From positions 236,654,001 through 236,718,000 of the forward strand of contig OZ024741.1 of assembly GCA_964016885.1 (NCBI GenBank): a DNA stretch of 64,000 nt, given 5' to 3'. Positions 13,871 through 28,904 of this stretch are shown here, piece by piece. Made by a program: the position numbers and the translations under genes. This DNA comes from Eledone cirrhosa. Lineage: Eukaryota. Each line of letters opens with the position of its first letter. The stretch's first letter is position 1. The notes below the pieces were generated by a model, which searched no databases, was not told the DNA's origin, and saw nothing but the letters and a program-made list of their open reading frames with translations.

Positions 13871-14601
13871 AACACCAACTGAATAATTAAAAAGTTATAT
13901 TACTTAATCCGTCCCAATTCTTGATTATTTGTGACAATTAATTGAAAAGCTTTGGCAGTATCTTTCATTGGAAATATAGCAATGAAAAGGTTAATAAACA
14001 TACAATTTTAACCTCGTTATGAAAATTGATCAGAGTTTGCACACATGGAAAGTGGAGTCGATCTGATTAGTTTCTAGTTTGCTTAAATCGTCATTAGAGG
14101 AAGACTACCTTACGATTGTCCACGGAGAGATTAGTAGCTTAGAGCTACTTATACCGCATACAAACTAGGACACCGTCTGTCTAATTTACATAACAGTGCA
14201 TGCGCTAACAACATTGTTGATTAATTGTCAACGTTTGGGGATAATTGCTGTAAAAAATAAACGAAGTACTTTCACTAGAGTCTTTTTCTTTTATCTCTCT
14301 GTAGATAGAAACAAATTGACTCGATCTAAACAGTTTCTAGTCTTTTTAGACCTCCATCAGAGGAACAATACTCATCTTCTGTCCGTGGAGAGTCTTACTT
14401 CTATTATTTTGTTTCAGGTGAAGATTAACGTCCGAAACACTGAAGGCATTCTTGTCCTTCATTACTAGAGTTAAACTAATACCTTATTATTGCACCGTGT
14501 TTTTTCCGTGTTGTTTGACTTTTTTCTGCGTGTTCAGATGTTTATTCTGTTTGTTTAAGAACAAACGTTAAATGGCGAACAGATGTTAAATGGCATATAT
14601 A

Positions 14602-15979
<1,378 letters not shown>

Positions 15980-16205
15980 TATATATATATATATATGAAC
16001 AGACCTGCTTTTTCTAGAAGAAATTCTTTTCGTTTCTTTCTCTGCTCTATCTTTCTAATTCTTCTTTTATTTTTCATTCTTTTTTTTCTGATTTAAGTCT
16101 AATGTCCAAAACGTTAAGACTTAATTCCTACTATATTAAGCGTTAAGATAATATATATCTTTATTATACAGCATTGTCTGTTTTGTTGTTTTTCGTTTAC
16201 TTTTC

Positions 16206-16286
<81 letters not shown>

Positions 16287-16521
16287 CTTAAAAATAGGAA
16301 TAAGAATAAGAAGAAAGCAAGAACGGGGGAGGGGGGGTCCTTATCAGTTGTCTACTGGGGGTCTCGGATATTTCAACGCTTTAAAGACAATATATCTACC
16401 CCCAGAGCGTTCAATAACTAGGTAAGTTATTGGGAAAATGAAAGAGGGTTGGAAAAAATAGAAGGGAAAAGGGAAGAAAGGAGAAAAACAGCGAAAAAAC
16501 AACAACAATATACATAGATAT

Positions 16522-16590
16522 TTCATCTGATGAACGAACTAGACGTTTCTATTAGAATCGTCTAATTTCGTGAAACCTTGGGTAATGGAA
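16522..16590 (+). ncRNA. Minimal type I hammerhead ribozyme motif
   Basis: cat CTGATGA acgaactagacg...cgtctaatttcgt GAAAC cttgg GTA atg. Confidence 0.7.
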
Positions 16591-16605
16591 TTATATTGTG
16601 TTGTT

Positions 16606-16653
<48 letters not shown>

Positions 16654-16704
16654 GTAGAACACTGGTAGTAGTAAATCACTCAGTCCATGGGACGAGTTTG
16701 GTAG

Positions 16705-16787
16705 AAGTAGTTTCACAAGAGTTAGTTCACCATTACCGAGAACATTTGTTTCTCGGTAATGGTGAACTAACTGTTGTGGAACTACTT
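16705..16787. repeat. Palindrome with ~38-bp arms
   Basis: aagtagtttcacaagagttagttcaccattaccgaga / tctcggtaatggtgaactaactgttgtggaactactt. Confidence 0.85.
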
Positions 16788-17517
16788 ATATATATCGACA
16801 GTCGATCGACTTTCGACAATCGGACCGAAGAAACAATGTTTCCATTGGTCTTTCTATTTGCTAATACTCTTTATCGGTCGCAACTCCAGGTAGAAGGAGC
16901 AACCTGAAAATAAAGTGTCTTGCCCAAGAACACAATGCATCGCCCGGTCCCGGAATCGAACTCACAACCTCACGATTACGAATCCAATTCTCTAACCACT
17001 CAGCTACGCGCCTTCACATATATTAAAAGAGATCGATATATAACATATAACGGTCACGTGGCTCTATAATGTCTCTATGAGAGAATTGGAGCTAAAAACC
17101 CAAGCCCTCAAAGTGTTGCACACTGCCAATTTCATAGGACACCACATATTTAATATTTTGCAAAGAACAATCTAATAAGGTTGTCTTTTACGTATATATA
17201 TATATACGACGGGCTTCTGCGGTTTCCAACTACCAAATTCCACTCGCAAGGCATTTGTTAGTCCGAAGCTGTTCATTTTATTTCATTGTTAATTTCGTGG
17301 AGTCAAGGACCTAACACAGTTCCACTGCAATTCACTTGAAACTTAGTAACTGCTCAACTTTTATCAACTTCAGTGACTCAATATATGTGGTGACAACCGT
17401 ATCGACTGGCCTACATTAAACAAAACCACACAAAACAAAACAAAAACGCCATCAAAAATGAGTTTAAAAGGGACAAGAGCATATAGCCCGTGTATATGTA
17501 TGTGTACGGATGTATAT

Positions 17518-18212
17518 CTTCTTCTTCTTCTTCTTCTTCTTCTTCTTCTTCTTCTTCTTCTTCTTCTTCTTCTTCTTCTTCTTCTTCTTCTTCTTCTTCT
17601 TCTTCTTCTTCTTCGCCCACTTATTCCCGAGAGGCTCGTGGGGGCAGAGTCCTCAAACACTTCAACCAGCGGGTCCTGTCAGAAGCAACCGCCTCCAACT
17701 GATCTAGTTGGATCCCCAAGCGTGACGAGCCCATGGATGTTATCCAACCATCTTGTATGGGTCTACCCCTTGGTCACCTGCCAGTTGGTTTTGCCTGTAA
17801 AATCTGTCCAACGTTTCTTTCCTGAGACATTCTACCTACATGCCCATAGTATCGGAGCTGCGATCTCTCAATTCGGAGAAGTAGCCACTCTATCTGGAGT
17901 GACTATCTGAACTCCGAGCTATGCACTTTATCGAGTAACATTACTCCAAAGACCCTTCGGAGGAATCCTATTTCGGCCGCTTGTATTCGCGATCGTATTC
18001 TTTCAGTCATTACCCCAAGATTCATGACCATAAGAAAGGATTGGCACGAAAACCGAATTGAAGACATCGACTTTGGCTTTTACGCCTAGCTCCCTTCTTC
18101 TGCTTATTGAATGCTGAAGCTGGCGCATTACTAGACCAGCTTTTGCAATTCTTGCACTTAATTCAGCCTCCTCCAATCCACCACTCGTGAACACGGCCCC
18201 GAGGTACTTTAT
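17518..18212 (-). mobile_element. RTE LINE 3' end with (AAG)n tail
   Basis: KYLGAVFTSGG...ARIAKAG...PILSYGHESW; (CTT)n at 17518-17613 directly abuts the 3' end. Confidence 0.88.
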
Positions 18213-19031
18213 TTTGTTGTGTGTATGTGTGTATGCAAGAACATGCATGTGTGATTGTATATGTGTATGTATGTAAGTACATACATATGTGTGCGCGCAT
18301 ATAAGACTGAACAAAGGATAGTGAACGAACCAGTAAAATAAACAAAAAATCAAATCCCTGATGGCGATGAAAACTGGCCATTCTCTAAATTTCTAGTCAA
18401 TTCAGTGGAATTGTGTCAGTACCAGGTCACAGGTAGTGTGACGAAAATTTTGACACCAAGAAATAAACGATAAATATAAATAAAAGTTAACAGTTTTAAA
18501 ATGTTAAGCGTTTTTAAATGGCTAAAATGACTCATCCTTGATTATAATTGCTTTAGTTTCAACACTTGGTCTCAGATCAAGTCACTTTGCCAGACAAATA
18601 TAACTCCGAAATATAGTTGATAGGATGAAGTATTTGGTACATTACATAGTAAATGTTTACTAATTTGTTTAGTAGTCGCAACTCGACAGAACCCAAATAT
18701 TGAGAACGATTGTAACTTGATAGAGTTCGACCTCTTTGTACTAGCTGGTTTTCATTTTAGTAACATTATGGTGGGCTGGTTTTAATTTTAATTTCATTTA
18801 ACTGGGTAATTGCATTTTGTGTTGTGTGATTTCGTCTAGTTTATGATGGTAGTATTTAGCTGTTGAGTATGGTTGTAAAAGGGAAAATTACATATATTTG
18901 TATAAGTAGGGAACGGCTTTGAGCAGTTCACCAGTTAGATCATTTTTATTAAGGATTTTCTGTATTTCCTTATTAGTTTTTTTTATGCTTAGTTTGTGTG
19001 TGTGTGTGTGTGTGTATGTGTGTGTGCGTGC

Positions 19032-19136
<105 letters not shown>

Positions 19137-20148
19137 ATACAGGTGTAGTACATATAGATAAACAGTAGATAGATAGAAACAGACAAATAGGCGAATAGTC
19201 AGGCATAAACACTTGTGAAGATACATAGTTATATAGATTAAATTACAAATAAATATAAACAGACATATTTTTACGAAAGATTACAAAGGTTGACGATGTC
19301 AAGAATTAAAAATAAAACACCTTAGTAGCCTATTTAAGACCAGGTAATTTTAGACAGGTAATTCTTGCATCGGAGCAAATGATTTCTAATTTAGGCACAA
19401 GGCCAGCAATGGGAGGGGAAAGTCGACTATATAGACGTCAGTACTTAACTGGAACTTTATTTTACCGACCCCAGAATGAGGAAAACCAAAGTTGACCTCG
19501 ACAGGATTTGAACTCAGAATGTAAAGGGCCGTTAACTACTGTAAATGTCGCAAAACATTTTGTCCGATGCTCTACCGATATTGTAATCCACGACCCTTGC
19601 ATCGGAACAAATCATTCTGTCTAACATTGGCATGAGACCAGTAATTTGGGGGAAGGGGAAAGTTGATTATACTAACATTTAGTTAACGGCCCTTTACGTT
19701 CTGTTCGTTATGAAATACAGTTTTAAAGAAGATAACCTGTTCGAAACCAACAGTCTTTGTTAAACTCATTCAGTATATATATTTGATGGATTTGGCTGAG
19801 ATAATGGAGGATTAAAATTTGATAATCTATCTCTTGACTCTTCCCAATATTATTTTCCACACTCGACTAATGCTGCATGATTTAACCTATGACAAATTTT
19901 GCAGTTTATTTACATTAATAGCGGAGTCAGAAAGTCATGCGACACATGTACTATTTCCCTAGATTGGCAGTAGTGTTAAAGCGTCGAAGAAAGTGCTTTT
20001 TAGCATTTAGTATCGGCTTTTTACGTTCTGAGTTCAAATTCTGCCGAGGTCCACTTTGCTTTTCATCCCTCTGGGAATTGGCGGGGCGTTTATACAATAA
20101 AGTACCAATGAAGTACTGGGTTGTTTTAATCATAAACTGTTGTCATAT

Positions 20149-21752
20149 TTACAAAAATGATACGCGATGGGGCCCACCCACAGCCCCGGCGGACAGAATG
20201 GAGAAGGCGTTTCCCCGGAAGATGGCAAGGGACACGCACTGGAAAAGCCACTCCAACTCGCGGGGCTCACACCTGCAGCTGGCCAGCTCAGCGCCTATTG
20301 TGGTGAGTAAGGAGGTAGCCTTGGGTCCGAGGACACCAGAAGTCTCCACTGCCAGGGGTACGACCTCAAACGTGTCGGAGTACGACCGGTTGTTGAGGAG
20401 TTTGGCCTCCTCAGCCCGACGTGCAGCAGAACCTGGGTCAGTCGTAAACTGCACCAGGTTGCAGCTGAAGAGAGTGTCCGAGCAAGTGGAATCCCAGACG
20501 AGGGGTTTGCCACCGCGGAACGGGAAGATGGTCATGCCATCTGGCCTTTTGCCGTCCCCTCGACCCAGCCCCACCGGCTCGAGCTGGAAAGGGAATCCTG
20601 CAGCGTCCAAGCCATGCTTAATGACCTGGTTGAGGGCAGCATGGCGTGGAATACGGCCGGCACTGTGGCGACAGGAAAGCGGGTGGAGGCCGAAAGAGTC
20701 CACGGTGGAACCGCAGCGACATACGTGTGGCTGGCAGATCCGGAGGCCGAGCCTCAGGGAAACTCCGCTACACAGGCTATGGTTGTCTAGCTGCGTGCCA
20801 GGGGAGAAGGAGGGCAGGGCATGGAGCCAGTCACCACTGTGGGGTTTTGAGGCCGCACGAAAACAAGCACGGCGGTGCTGGTCGAGCTGGCGCGTGAGCT
20901 TGTCTGAGCCAGGCTACACTGGATGGCATCCCAAGTGCGTTGGGGGGACTTGACGTCAACAGGGGGAGAAGGAGGATGGACGTCTACTGGGCTAAGTCCC
21001 AGCCGGTCCCACGTCTCACAGGCGGCCTCACGTTCTCTGAACACAGAGGGTTCTGTTGTGTTTTGAAGAACCCTGCTGACGAGGACGCGGCACGAGGTTA
21101 CCGATGAAAGATACGCCGGCAAAGCTAGTGAGATCAGGGACCGGAGGCCAAGGCCGCCATACCTGACAGGTAAAGTGGCCTGTTGCCATCCTCTGTCGTC
21201 AAACTTGACGTTGCATATCTCCTCGGCTGCTGCTCGGATACAAGTATGGAGGTCAGCGAGGAGAGATGTGTGGGTATAACACGGAGCGCTGCGAAGGGTA
21301 TAGAGAAGTTTCGGCATGGCGAAGCAGTTTCTCAGCAGAAAGAGAGCTGGGTGGCCATCAATCAAGCCCAGTCGGCTCATGAGAGTCTGGAGTTGTTGAA
21401 GCCTGGACCTGATGGTGGAGTGGATGGCCGGCGGGTGGATCGGTGACCCGAGGATGAGGACATCCTCTTTGGGGTCACCTGAACCTGGTGGAGAATGGAC
21501 CGCACGTCCAAGACGGAGGCTGCAAAGCTCTCAGCATCGGGGCTGACGTTCACCACCTCCAACTTGGCCGAGTTGACCTGGAGGCCGATTCCCGCCAGAG
21601 CAGGAACCACCGATTGAAGGTCATGGCAGACAGTCCGTACGGGCCCGCCCAACGTAGCATCATCCAGATACCAAACGTCGAGAGGGGCCGTGATACTCCG
21701 GGCGATGTGGTCAATACCAAGGGCGAACAGGAGGAGTCCCAAAGGGTTGCCC
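20149..21752 (-). mobile_element. CRE/ZENON-like RLE non-LTR retrotransposon, 5'-truncated and frameshifted
   Basis: RT GNPLGLLLF...WYLDDATL; QATLPVRYGGLGLRS; RLE LSC..SAGRIPRHAALN...KRPDGMT...LVWDSTC...PLAVET. Confidence 0.9.
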
Positions 21753-22205
21753 TTGAAATACGTTATGAGAGAAACATAACATGTAAATAAATTGTAGCGC
21801 ATATGCAAATAGAAGTGTGTTTTGGTAATTTGGAGAGAAATATATAATTATTGGAGAGGGCACGCACCCCACCTACCCCAGTTCCACTGCCACTGTATTT
21901 ATGTAATTAACACAATATTATGCTCTGTGCCCTTTCCTAAGGGGTTAATATATCGAGCTTCTTCGCATTTGGCAAGAAACTGGTATTATACCCAATTTAT
22001 TCATCTCCTATCATCATCATCATCATCATCGTTTATTATGCCTATTGTTGAGCTTTGTTACTCTAAAGTTTCACCTGCGCGCTCACAGGATCACCAGTCT
22101 TCTCTGGCGAGACTCCAGAGTTACAAGGTTTAGCCATAATAAATGAATATTTAAACTCTACTTCGGTATTGAGTTGTCATTCTTACGTCCGTCAATAATT
22201 CACGT

Positions 22206-22511
22206 ACTCTTAGGTCTTGAATAATCGTCCCCACCCTCCGCTTATGAATTCCCCCCTCCCCCGGTTTTTATTCCACCCCCACTCCCCACCCACTTATCAA
22301 ATTTTGCTAATCTGTCTCCGGCGAAATTTTATTGTAAATGATTCATATTGAGAATCTAATAATAATTCTATTTTACATTAAAAAAACATATATAATAAAA
22401 GAAGAATATTGCAAGAAATCCCATATTTACGAACGTACACTACACAATTACTTTTTTCCCAAGCCCCTGCCCCCATTATTGCCACCCCTCCTATTATTTG
22501 GGACCTGAGAG
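22206..22511. mobile_element. Small TIR element (MITE)
   Basis: ctcttaggtcttgaataat / attatttgggacctgagag; left half duplicated near 60600. Confidence 0.55.
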
Positions 22512-22514
22512 CGC

Positions 22515-23002
22515 CACCAAACTCTCCTCCTCTCTATGACTATCACACAAAACTCTCTTTTAATCCCCCTCTCTGTATCTATTAAAACCAAACACTACCA
22601 CTCTCTATATCTACCACGACACCGCCTCTCTTATTCCACTCTCTATATCTAAGACTAATATACTCTCTCACTCTCTATAAATATCTACACTAATCTCTCC
22701 CAATTCCCATCTGTATATCAATCACCTATAAAATCTCACCTCTCTAAATCTACCACACGGCACTCTCCTATTATCCCTCTCTATATCAATTAACACCAAA
22801 CTCTCCTCTCTATATTGAATACACGGAACTCTCTTCCAATACCCCTCACTACATCAATTACCACCAAACTATCCCCCTTCTCGATATCTACCATACAACG
22901 CTCTCTCTCATTCTCTCTCACTCTATCCATCACTACAAAACTCTCCCCCTCTCTACATCAACCATACAACATCCCAACCACCCTCTCTATATCAATTACC
23001 AC
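22515..23002. repeat. C/T-rich minisatellite; continues at 27487-27675, paralog at 60840-61170
   Basis: Recurrent ctctctatatcaattaccaccaaactctcccc and ctctatatctactacac units. Confidence 0.85.
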
Positions 23003-23202
23003 TTGATATAGACGTGAATTACTTCGCTCCGGACTTTTACGGATTATTGTAAAAAAACTGTGAGTTCATTGCTCAATTTAATAGCATTGTTTAGTTTAAC
23101 CCCTTGCCTGGGCCGTCAGACGTTGAGTCAACTAATTTTCGCCGCTTTCTGGGGCAAAATTTTCATTTTCATCTCAAAACTGTGTAGACTTGGTAGTCAG
23201 CA

Positions 23203-25009
23203 ATGGATGCCATTTCAACCTCGCACACTGTCGTTAGTGCCACGCCCACTAAGAAAAGTGGTGGAGGGAAGGTAGAAGTACAAAGCTTGCAGCCTTCCCC
23301 CCTCGCATTATCGAAAAACGTTGAAAATATTGAAACCACGAAACCAAACCCGGTAAATAATACCAGCACCAACAACAAGAACAATGACAATAACACCACA
23401 ACCAACAACTGCAACAATAGCAACACCAAGGAAAACATGAACAATATTACCAACAGTGACAACAACAGCAGCAACAAAAAAGATAACAACACCAAAACAA
23501 CGTTCGCACAGACTGTAAAAAAAAACGAACTATACACGCCAATTGACATAACAAATGCTAAACAACTACTACAAGACGCAAAACAATTCGTGACTTTTGG
23601 CGAAAACGGTGCTTTTAGCATCAATTCTCCACAGGAATTACGTAGAGAGGCTGTCCTGAAAACTGTGGTTTTCAGGACAATATCGAACGAAACAAGAAAA
23701 CCAGCTCAATTATCACAAAATGAAATTGAGCTGGTTCTAAAAGATGCAATGAAGGACATAACCTTCATACATAAAGGCAAACTGTTTGGTAGCATTTCGG
23801 TGCTAATGAACAACCAGTCAACAGCACAAAAGTACTCGGTATCACCCATAGTGTCCCCCCGCTTCACCTTTATCTCCACATACAGGGGAAAAAGGACACA
23901 AAGAATAAAAATAATGAGTATCACACCAAATGTATATATTTGGTGGATACTATGTGGAATCATTGACTTTGATGAAGACAAGATAATTTCAATAGGAAAG
24001 TCCTCCGGAGGTGTATTTGGTGGGACCAGCGTAGAAGTTCTGGTGCAAATGAGCCCAGAACGAATAGCGAATATCCCACAACGCGTGCCTCTGGACGGGC
24101 TAACTTATATAAACATTTCAGTGGAAGGAAGGCGGCCGTCATGTTACCACTGTTTAAGCAGGGGTCACCTGAGGGCTGCCTGTCCTCAATTAACGAGTAA
24201 AAAAAAAAGGCTCTTCTGCCAACCCCGAACACAACAACACAACCACCACCACCACCACCACCACCACCACCACAACAACAACACGGAAAAATAACAACAC
24301 AAAACACTGTTCCACCCAACCCCTCCCCACCTAAAACAAATACAAAAGCAACCACAACAAAACCCCAAAATATACCCCTCCCCAACAACACGGAAGAGGA
24401 CTCCGTATCAACGTTACCCAGTGACGACGAGGGAGAACCCTTTCAACAGGTGAAAAGGAAAAAAAAAAGGCACCACATTAACAAAAATGCTACAAACACA
24501 CAACCACCAGCACAAACAGAACAAACATCACAAACAAAAAACCCACCCCTCCCCAAAACATAACACATACTACAAAACGCAAACACGCACAAGAACAACA
24601 AACAAAAACAAACACAACACAACAAAAACTCTATACATACATTAACAAGAACAATAAAACTTTGATTAAAGCGATAGAAAATAACCCTTCGGTGGAAACC
24701 GAAGGGATCACTTTCACCTACGCAGCGAACAAACCGCACCTAATGATGATTAGGGTCCCAACGGAAACCTATGTAACTTTGAAAAAGAACCATCCAATGC
24801 ATGTGGGGACCAACTGCACCAAACCACTTAACAGCGTCCTATTGAGATGTTTCCCCACCCCCACACCAGACACCCGCACCCCACCAAACACCCTAATCCC
24901 ACCACACACTGATGTCCTCACCCCACCACAAACCACCACCCCACCAAACAACCCTTCCAACACCCCCATGGAAATTGTGCAGCCTGATCCCCAGGAGACG
25001 AAGAGGTAA
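23203..25009 (+). pseudogene. Tx1 ORF1 (gag-like CCHC zinc knuckle), frameshifted in homopolymer runs
   Basis: CYHCLSRGHLRAAC; pieces at 23203-24294 and 24662-25009. Confidence 0.85.
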
Positions 25010-25051
25010 GTAATTTCCTTTCCTCTTCCTTTTTAACTCTTCAGCACCAAC

Positions 25052-27246
25052 ATGGCCAATATAAGAGTTGGATGTGTGAATGCACGCGGCCTGGGGATGT
25101 CCTGGAAACAGGGCAAACTCTTAAATGACCTCAGGTCGCACAGAGTGGATGTAATGGTTATTTGCGAGTCCAGGATCAGCAGCGAGCGCCAACTAGCCCC
25201 CATCTTCGACGACTTTGAGATCTACGCATGTCTCTGTCAGCCGAGAGGTGGGGGTGGGGTTGTCGTTCTGCTGCGAAAATACCTGGGTCTTGCCACACAG
25301 AAGGTACACCTGGACCCGGAGGGTCGACTGGTGGTTTTAGACGTCGGCAGTGGTGAAGGTGGAGCTTTCAGGCTGGTGGCAGCGTATGCCCCATCTGGGA
25401 CACCGCGACCGGACTTCTTCCGACGCCTGGAGAATTTCCTGGGAACGTCTCGCTCCTTGCTTTTAGTTGGGGACTGGAATGGTATCCTGGATGCACGTTG
25501 GGACTATGTAGGCGCATGTCCCGATAGAGTGGGGTGTAACAGCCTCAAACGATTAATCGGCCGACTTGATCTGGCCGATAGATATCGACTAGATTTTCCG
25601 ACTGTGCCACTGTGGACGTGGACTAATCTCAGCGGAAATCTAGGTCGTACCTAGATAGGTTCCTAGTTAGAAATAAGGATAGGGACATATTAAGCTGTCC
25701 ACGAATGTTCATGGTTGACTATTCGGATCATAAGTTGGTGACCGGAGTGGTCAACCTTGATAGAGCTCATAGACAGGGACCCGGTTACTGGAAGCTAAAC
25801 TTGTCTTTACCGACAAACAAAGCTTACAGTAAGCGGATTAGCACACTAGTTAAGCAGCGTTTGACGGGGGCAATTGTCAACAGCAGGTGGTGGGGCTCTC
25901 TCAAGAGAGAAATTAGAATAGAATCGATAGGTTTTAGTCGGGAATTAGCATCAGATAGGAATAGAACTGAAAGGGAATTAACAAATATAGTAGAAGAGGC
26001 GATTAGGAGTGGCAAAGTGGCCGGCGTGCTGGCGTCTGAACGGCCCTATACCAGTTCTTTGATGCGAAGCACGAGGGCTGCGTTGTCAGGAGTAAAATAC
26101 GTGCTCTGGACGGGGAGGTGAAGTCCTGCGAGAGGCCGATTTCAGCCGCTGAAATAGGGGAAGCGCTGAGCCAATGTGACAAACGCAAATCTCCGGGTCT
26201 CGATGGTCTACCATACGAACTTTATGTAGCGATGCCGGGCTTGTTCTCCGAAAACACTCGCCAAAATGGAGCGCGCGCTCTTCCGATTTCTTTGGAAGAA
26301 GCGGGCTCCTTTGGTGAGAAGATCCATCTGCTGTCAACACCCTTCGAACGGAGGGCTGGGGATGCCGTGGCTGACGATACGTAGACACGCATTAAGGCTA
26401 CGGCACCTCCAGGTATTCCTCTCCGGTCAGCCGGTGTGGGCCCTGTTTGTGAGGCGAGCCTTTCCGAGACTCGTCTCACTCACCGAGCTGCAATCCTGGG
26501 TCAAGCAAAGACCAAGAAAAGTGGGCGACTGGCACATTGAATGTGCCCAGGCGCTCACGGCCCTCTGGCAAGCGGATCCGGCAATCAGTGGAGACTCAAC
26601 CTCAACATTCTATAGAGGGTTGGTGCGCAGTAAGTGCGACGACGCTCTCGGAGAGGCTCTGGGCATGAAGGAAGACGAGCTGGCCAGTCTGTTCGGTAGG
26701 ACGTTTGGCCCGGGACCGATGGACAACTTCCAAAAGTCCCTGGCTTGGCAATGTTACCGAGGAGCTCTACCCGTTCGGGACAAGCTCTACAGACACGGAC
26801 GCCCGGGTAGGGACCCCTCGAAGAAGATCTGTCCAAGATGCGTGCGTGACGGGGAAACCGTCGCACACGCATTGGTACACTGCCCGGGCGTTGCTGACCT
26901 GTGGGGCTATGTAGAACGACTACTGTCGCGGGTGGGACCAATCCGGTTGACCACCGAGAACATTGTCACAATCAAACCGCCTCCCTCTTTCAAAAACGAA
27001 GGAGAGGCGGTTTTCCTCTGTGTGATAGCTATGGCGAAAGAAGTTGTATGGTGGACAAGGTTGAAAGGGCTGAGGTCAGACACCTTTCACTCCAGCCAAC
27101 AACTGGTCTTTTTTTTCAAGTACCACTTTAGAAGAAGGATCAGAATGGAGAGAGAGGTGCTCTACCCCAGCAAGTTTTATGAAAGATGGGTGAAAGTAGC
27201 GAGAATGGCCCGAGTGAATGGGCCTTCTCTCTATATCAGCCTGTAG
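25052..27246 (+). pseudogene. Tx1 ORF2: AP endonuclease, RT remnant and C-terminal CCHC
   Basis: NARGL, VGDWN, YSDHKLV, GPGYWKLN, KSPGLDGLPYELY, GGLGMP, CPRC...ETVAHALVHC. The RT catalytic core is absent. Confidence 0.9.
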
Positions 27247-27828
27247 GTGAGAGAGGAGAAGAATGAGAAGAGGAAGGAAGCACCCGCTCTTTGTGCTCCT
27301 GAAGAGGAGGGTTGCACATTTTTTCGGGGGTGTGTACGACCCATGTCAACGCCCCTCCCTATTGAGGACATCGATTGTTAAATTTAATTTGTTATATGTT
27401 TTTTACACGTCCTTTTAAATGTATGTAAACTCCCCCCTTTGTATTTGTCCCAATCTTTGATGCCCTGGTGGCAAATAAATAGAAATATATATCAATTAGC
27501 ACCACACTCTCCCCCTCTCTATATCTACTACACAGAACTCTCTTCCAATATCCCTCTCTATTTCAATTAACTCCAAACTCTCCCCCTCTGTATATCTACT
27601 ACACGGAACTCTCCTCAAATTCCTCTCTCTATATCAATAAACATCAATTTCTCCCCCTCTCTATATCTAATATACAAATAGATGTGTGCTTTGGTAGTTT
27701 GGGGAGAAAAATATAATAATTTGGGGGTGGGCATGCTCCCCCCCCCCCTATTTGGTTTGTTGATTATTCAACAAAGTTAATTTCACAACAGATTAGAAGC
27801 ACTCAACATTTTTATCTGGACTATCATT

Positions 27829-28298
27829 AATATCAATAATATTAATAAATGGAAAATATCTTTATAAAACCATATTTATTTTATTATACGTATTTCAAGG
27901 ATACTAATATTTAAGTACGCTTTCGTCAGATAAAATATTATAATTGGTGTTAAGATAGTGACATATCTTCATGTTAACTTATAACATGAAGATATGTCGC
28001 TGGTGGATTGGCAGTATCGGTAGAGGGTCGGACGCCATGCTTTGACGCATAGAATTACGGCCCTTTATGGTCTGAGTTCAAATCCCACCGAGATTAACTT
28101 TGCCTTTCATCCTTACGGGGTCGATAAAATAAAGTACCAGTAGTGCACTGGATAATTGCTGGCCTTGTGCCAAAAAGTAGAAGCAATTATATTTTATCTG
28201 ACGAAAGCGTACTTAAATATTAATATCCTTGAAATACGTATAATAAAATAAATATGGTTTTATAAAGATATTTTCCATTTAGTAATATTATTGATATT
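27829..28298. repeat. Tail-out HHR-bearing palindrome (~110-bp arms) with a SINE inserted in the spacer
   Basis: Right arm tattttat CTGACGA...GAAATACGTA taataaaata; left arm is its reverse complement; same family as 52400-52706. Confidence 0.85.
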
Positions 28299-28904
28299 AT
28301 ATATATATATATAGAGAGAGAGAGATGGGGGGGGGGGGGGGTCTGCGGTGCTAAGACCGGGAAGACCACAAATCAGGAGAGTATCTGTGAATGGGAAGAA
28401 GCAGATATATATGATATATACAGTTAAATCCAAATTGGGCGCATAGCAGTTACCTGTGTAATAGTTTCTACATTTAGCACAAGGCCAGCAATTTGAAGGG
28501 AAGGGGAAAGTCGATTAAATCGAACTAGTACGTTACTGGTGCTTTATTTTATCGACACTGTAAGGATGAAAGGCAAAGCTAACCTCAGGGAGAGTTGAAC
28601 TTAGACTGTAAAGAGCTGTAAATATATGCCGCAAAGCATGTTATCTATGTTCTACCAATACTGCAAATCCACCACTCTTAGTAACCTGTATAATAATAAA
28701 TATTAGCACAATGTGCACATTGAAAAAGGACTCGGAGAGCAAACGAATGCAAGAAATTATTTTCTTTGACCACCATTAATATCGCACAAAATTGTATTTT
28801 TCACGGGATTGCTGACGAAAAAAAAATAGATGCTTGTCTTCGTTTGTCCTCCAGGTCCGTTTCCCGTGTGTATATTTCATAATACATATATGTATTAGAC
28901 AGGT

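Larger units (their letters stand above)
23003..27486 (+). mobile_element. Tx1-clade LINE with 5' UTR, ORF1, internally deleted ORF2 and 3' UTR
   Basis: Two-ORF layout, CCHC knuckle, APE domain, C-terminal zinc finger, 3' end gccctggtggcaaataaa. Confidence 0.92.

Noticed and set aside
19937-20953. 338-aa plus-strand ORF
   Set aside because: Antisense shadow of the GC-rich CRE element, starting within a SINE.
27488-27502. 15-bp TSD for Tx1 copy 1
   Set aside because: Cannot be distinguished from the next unit of the surrounding minisatellite.
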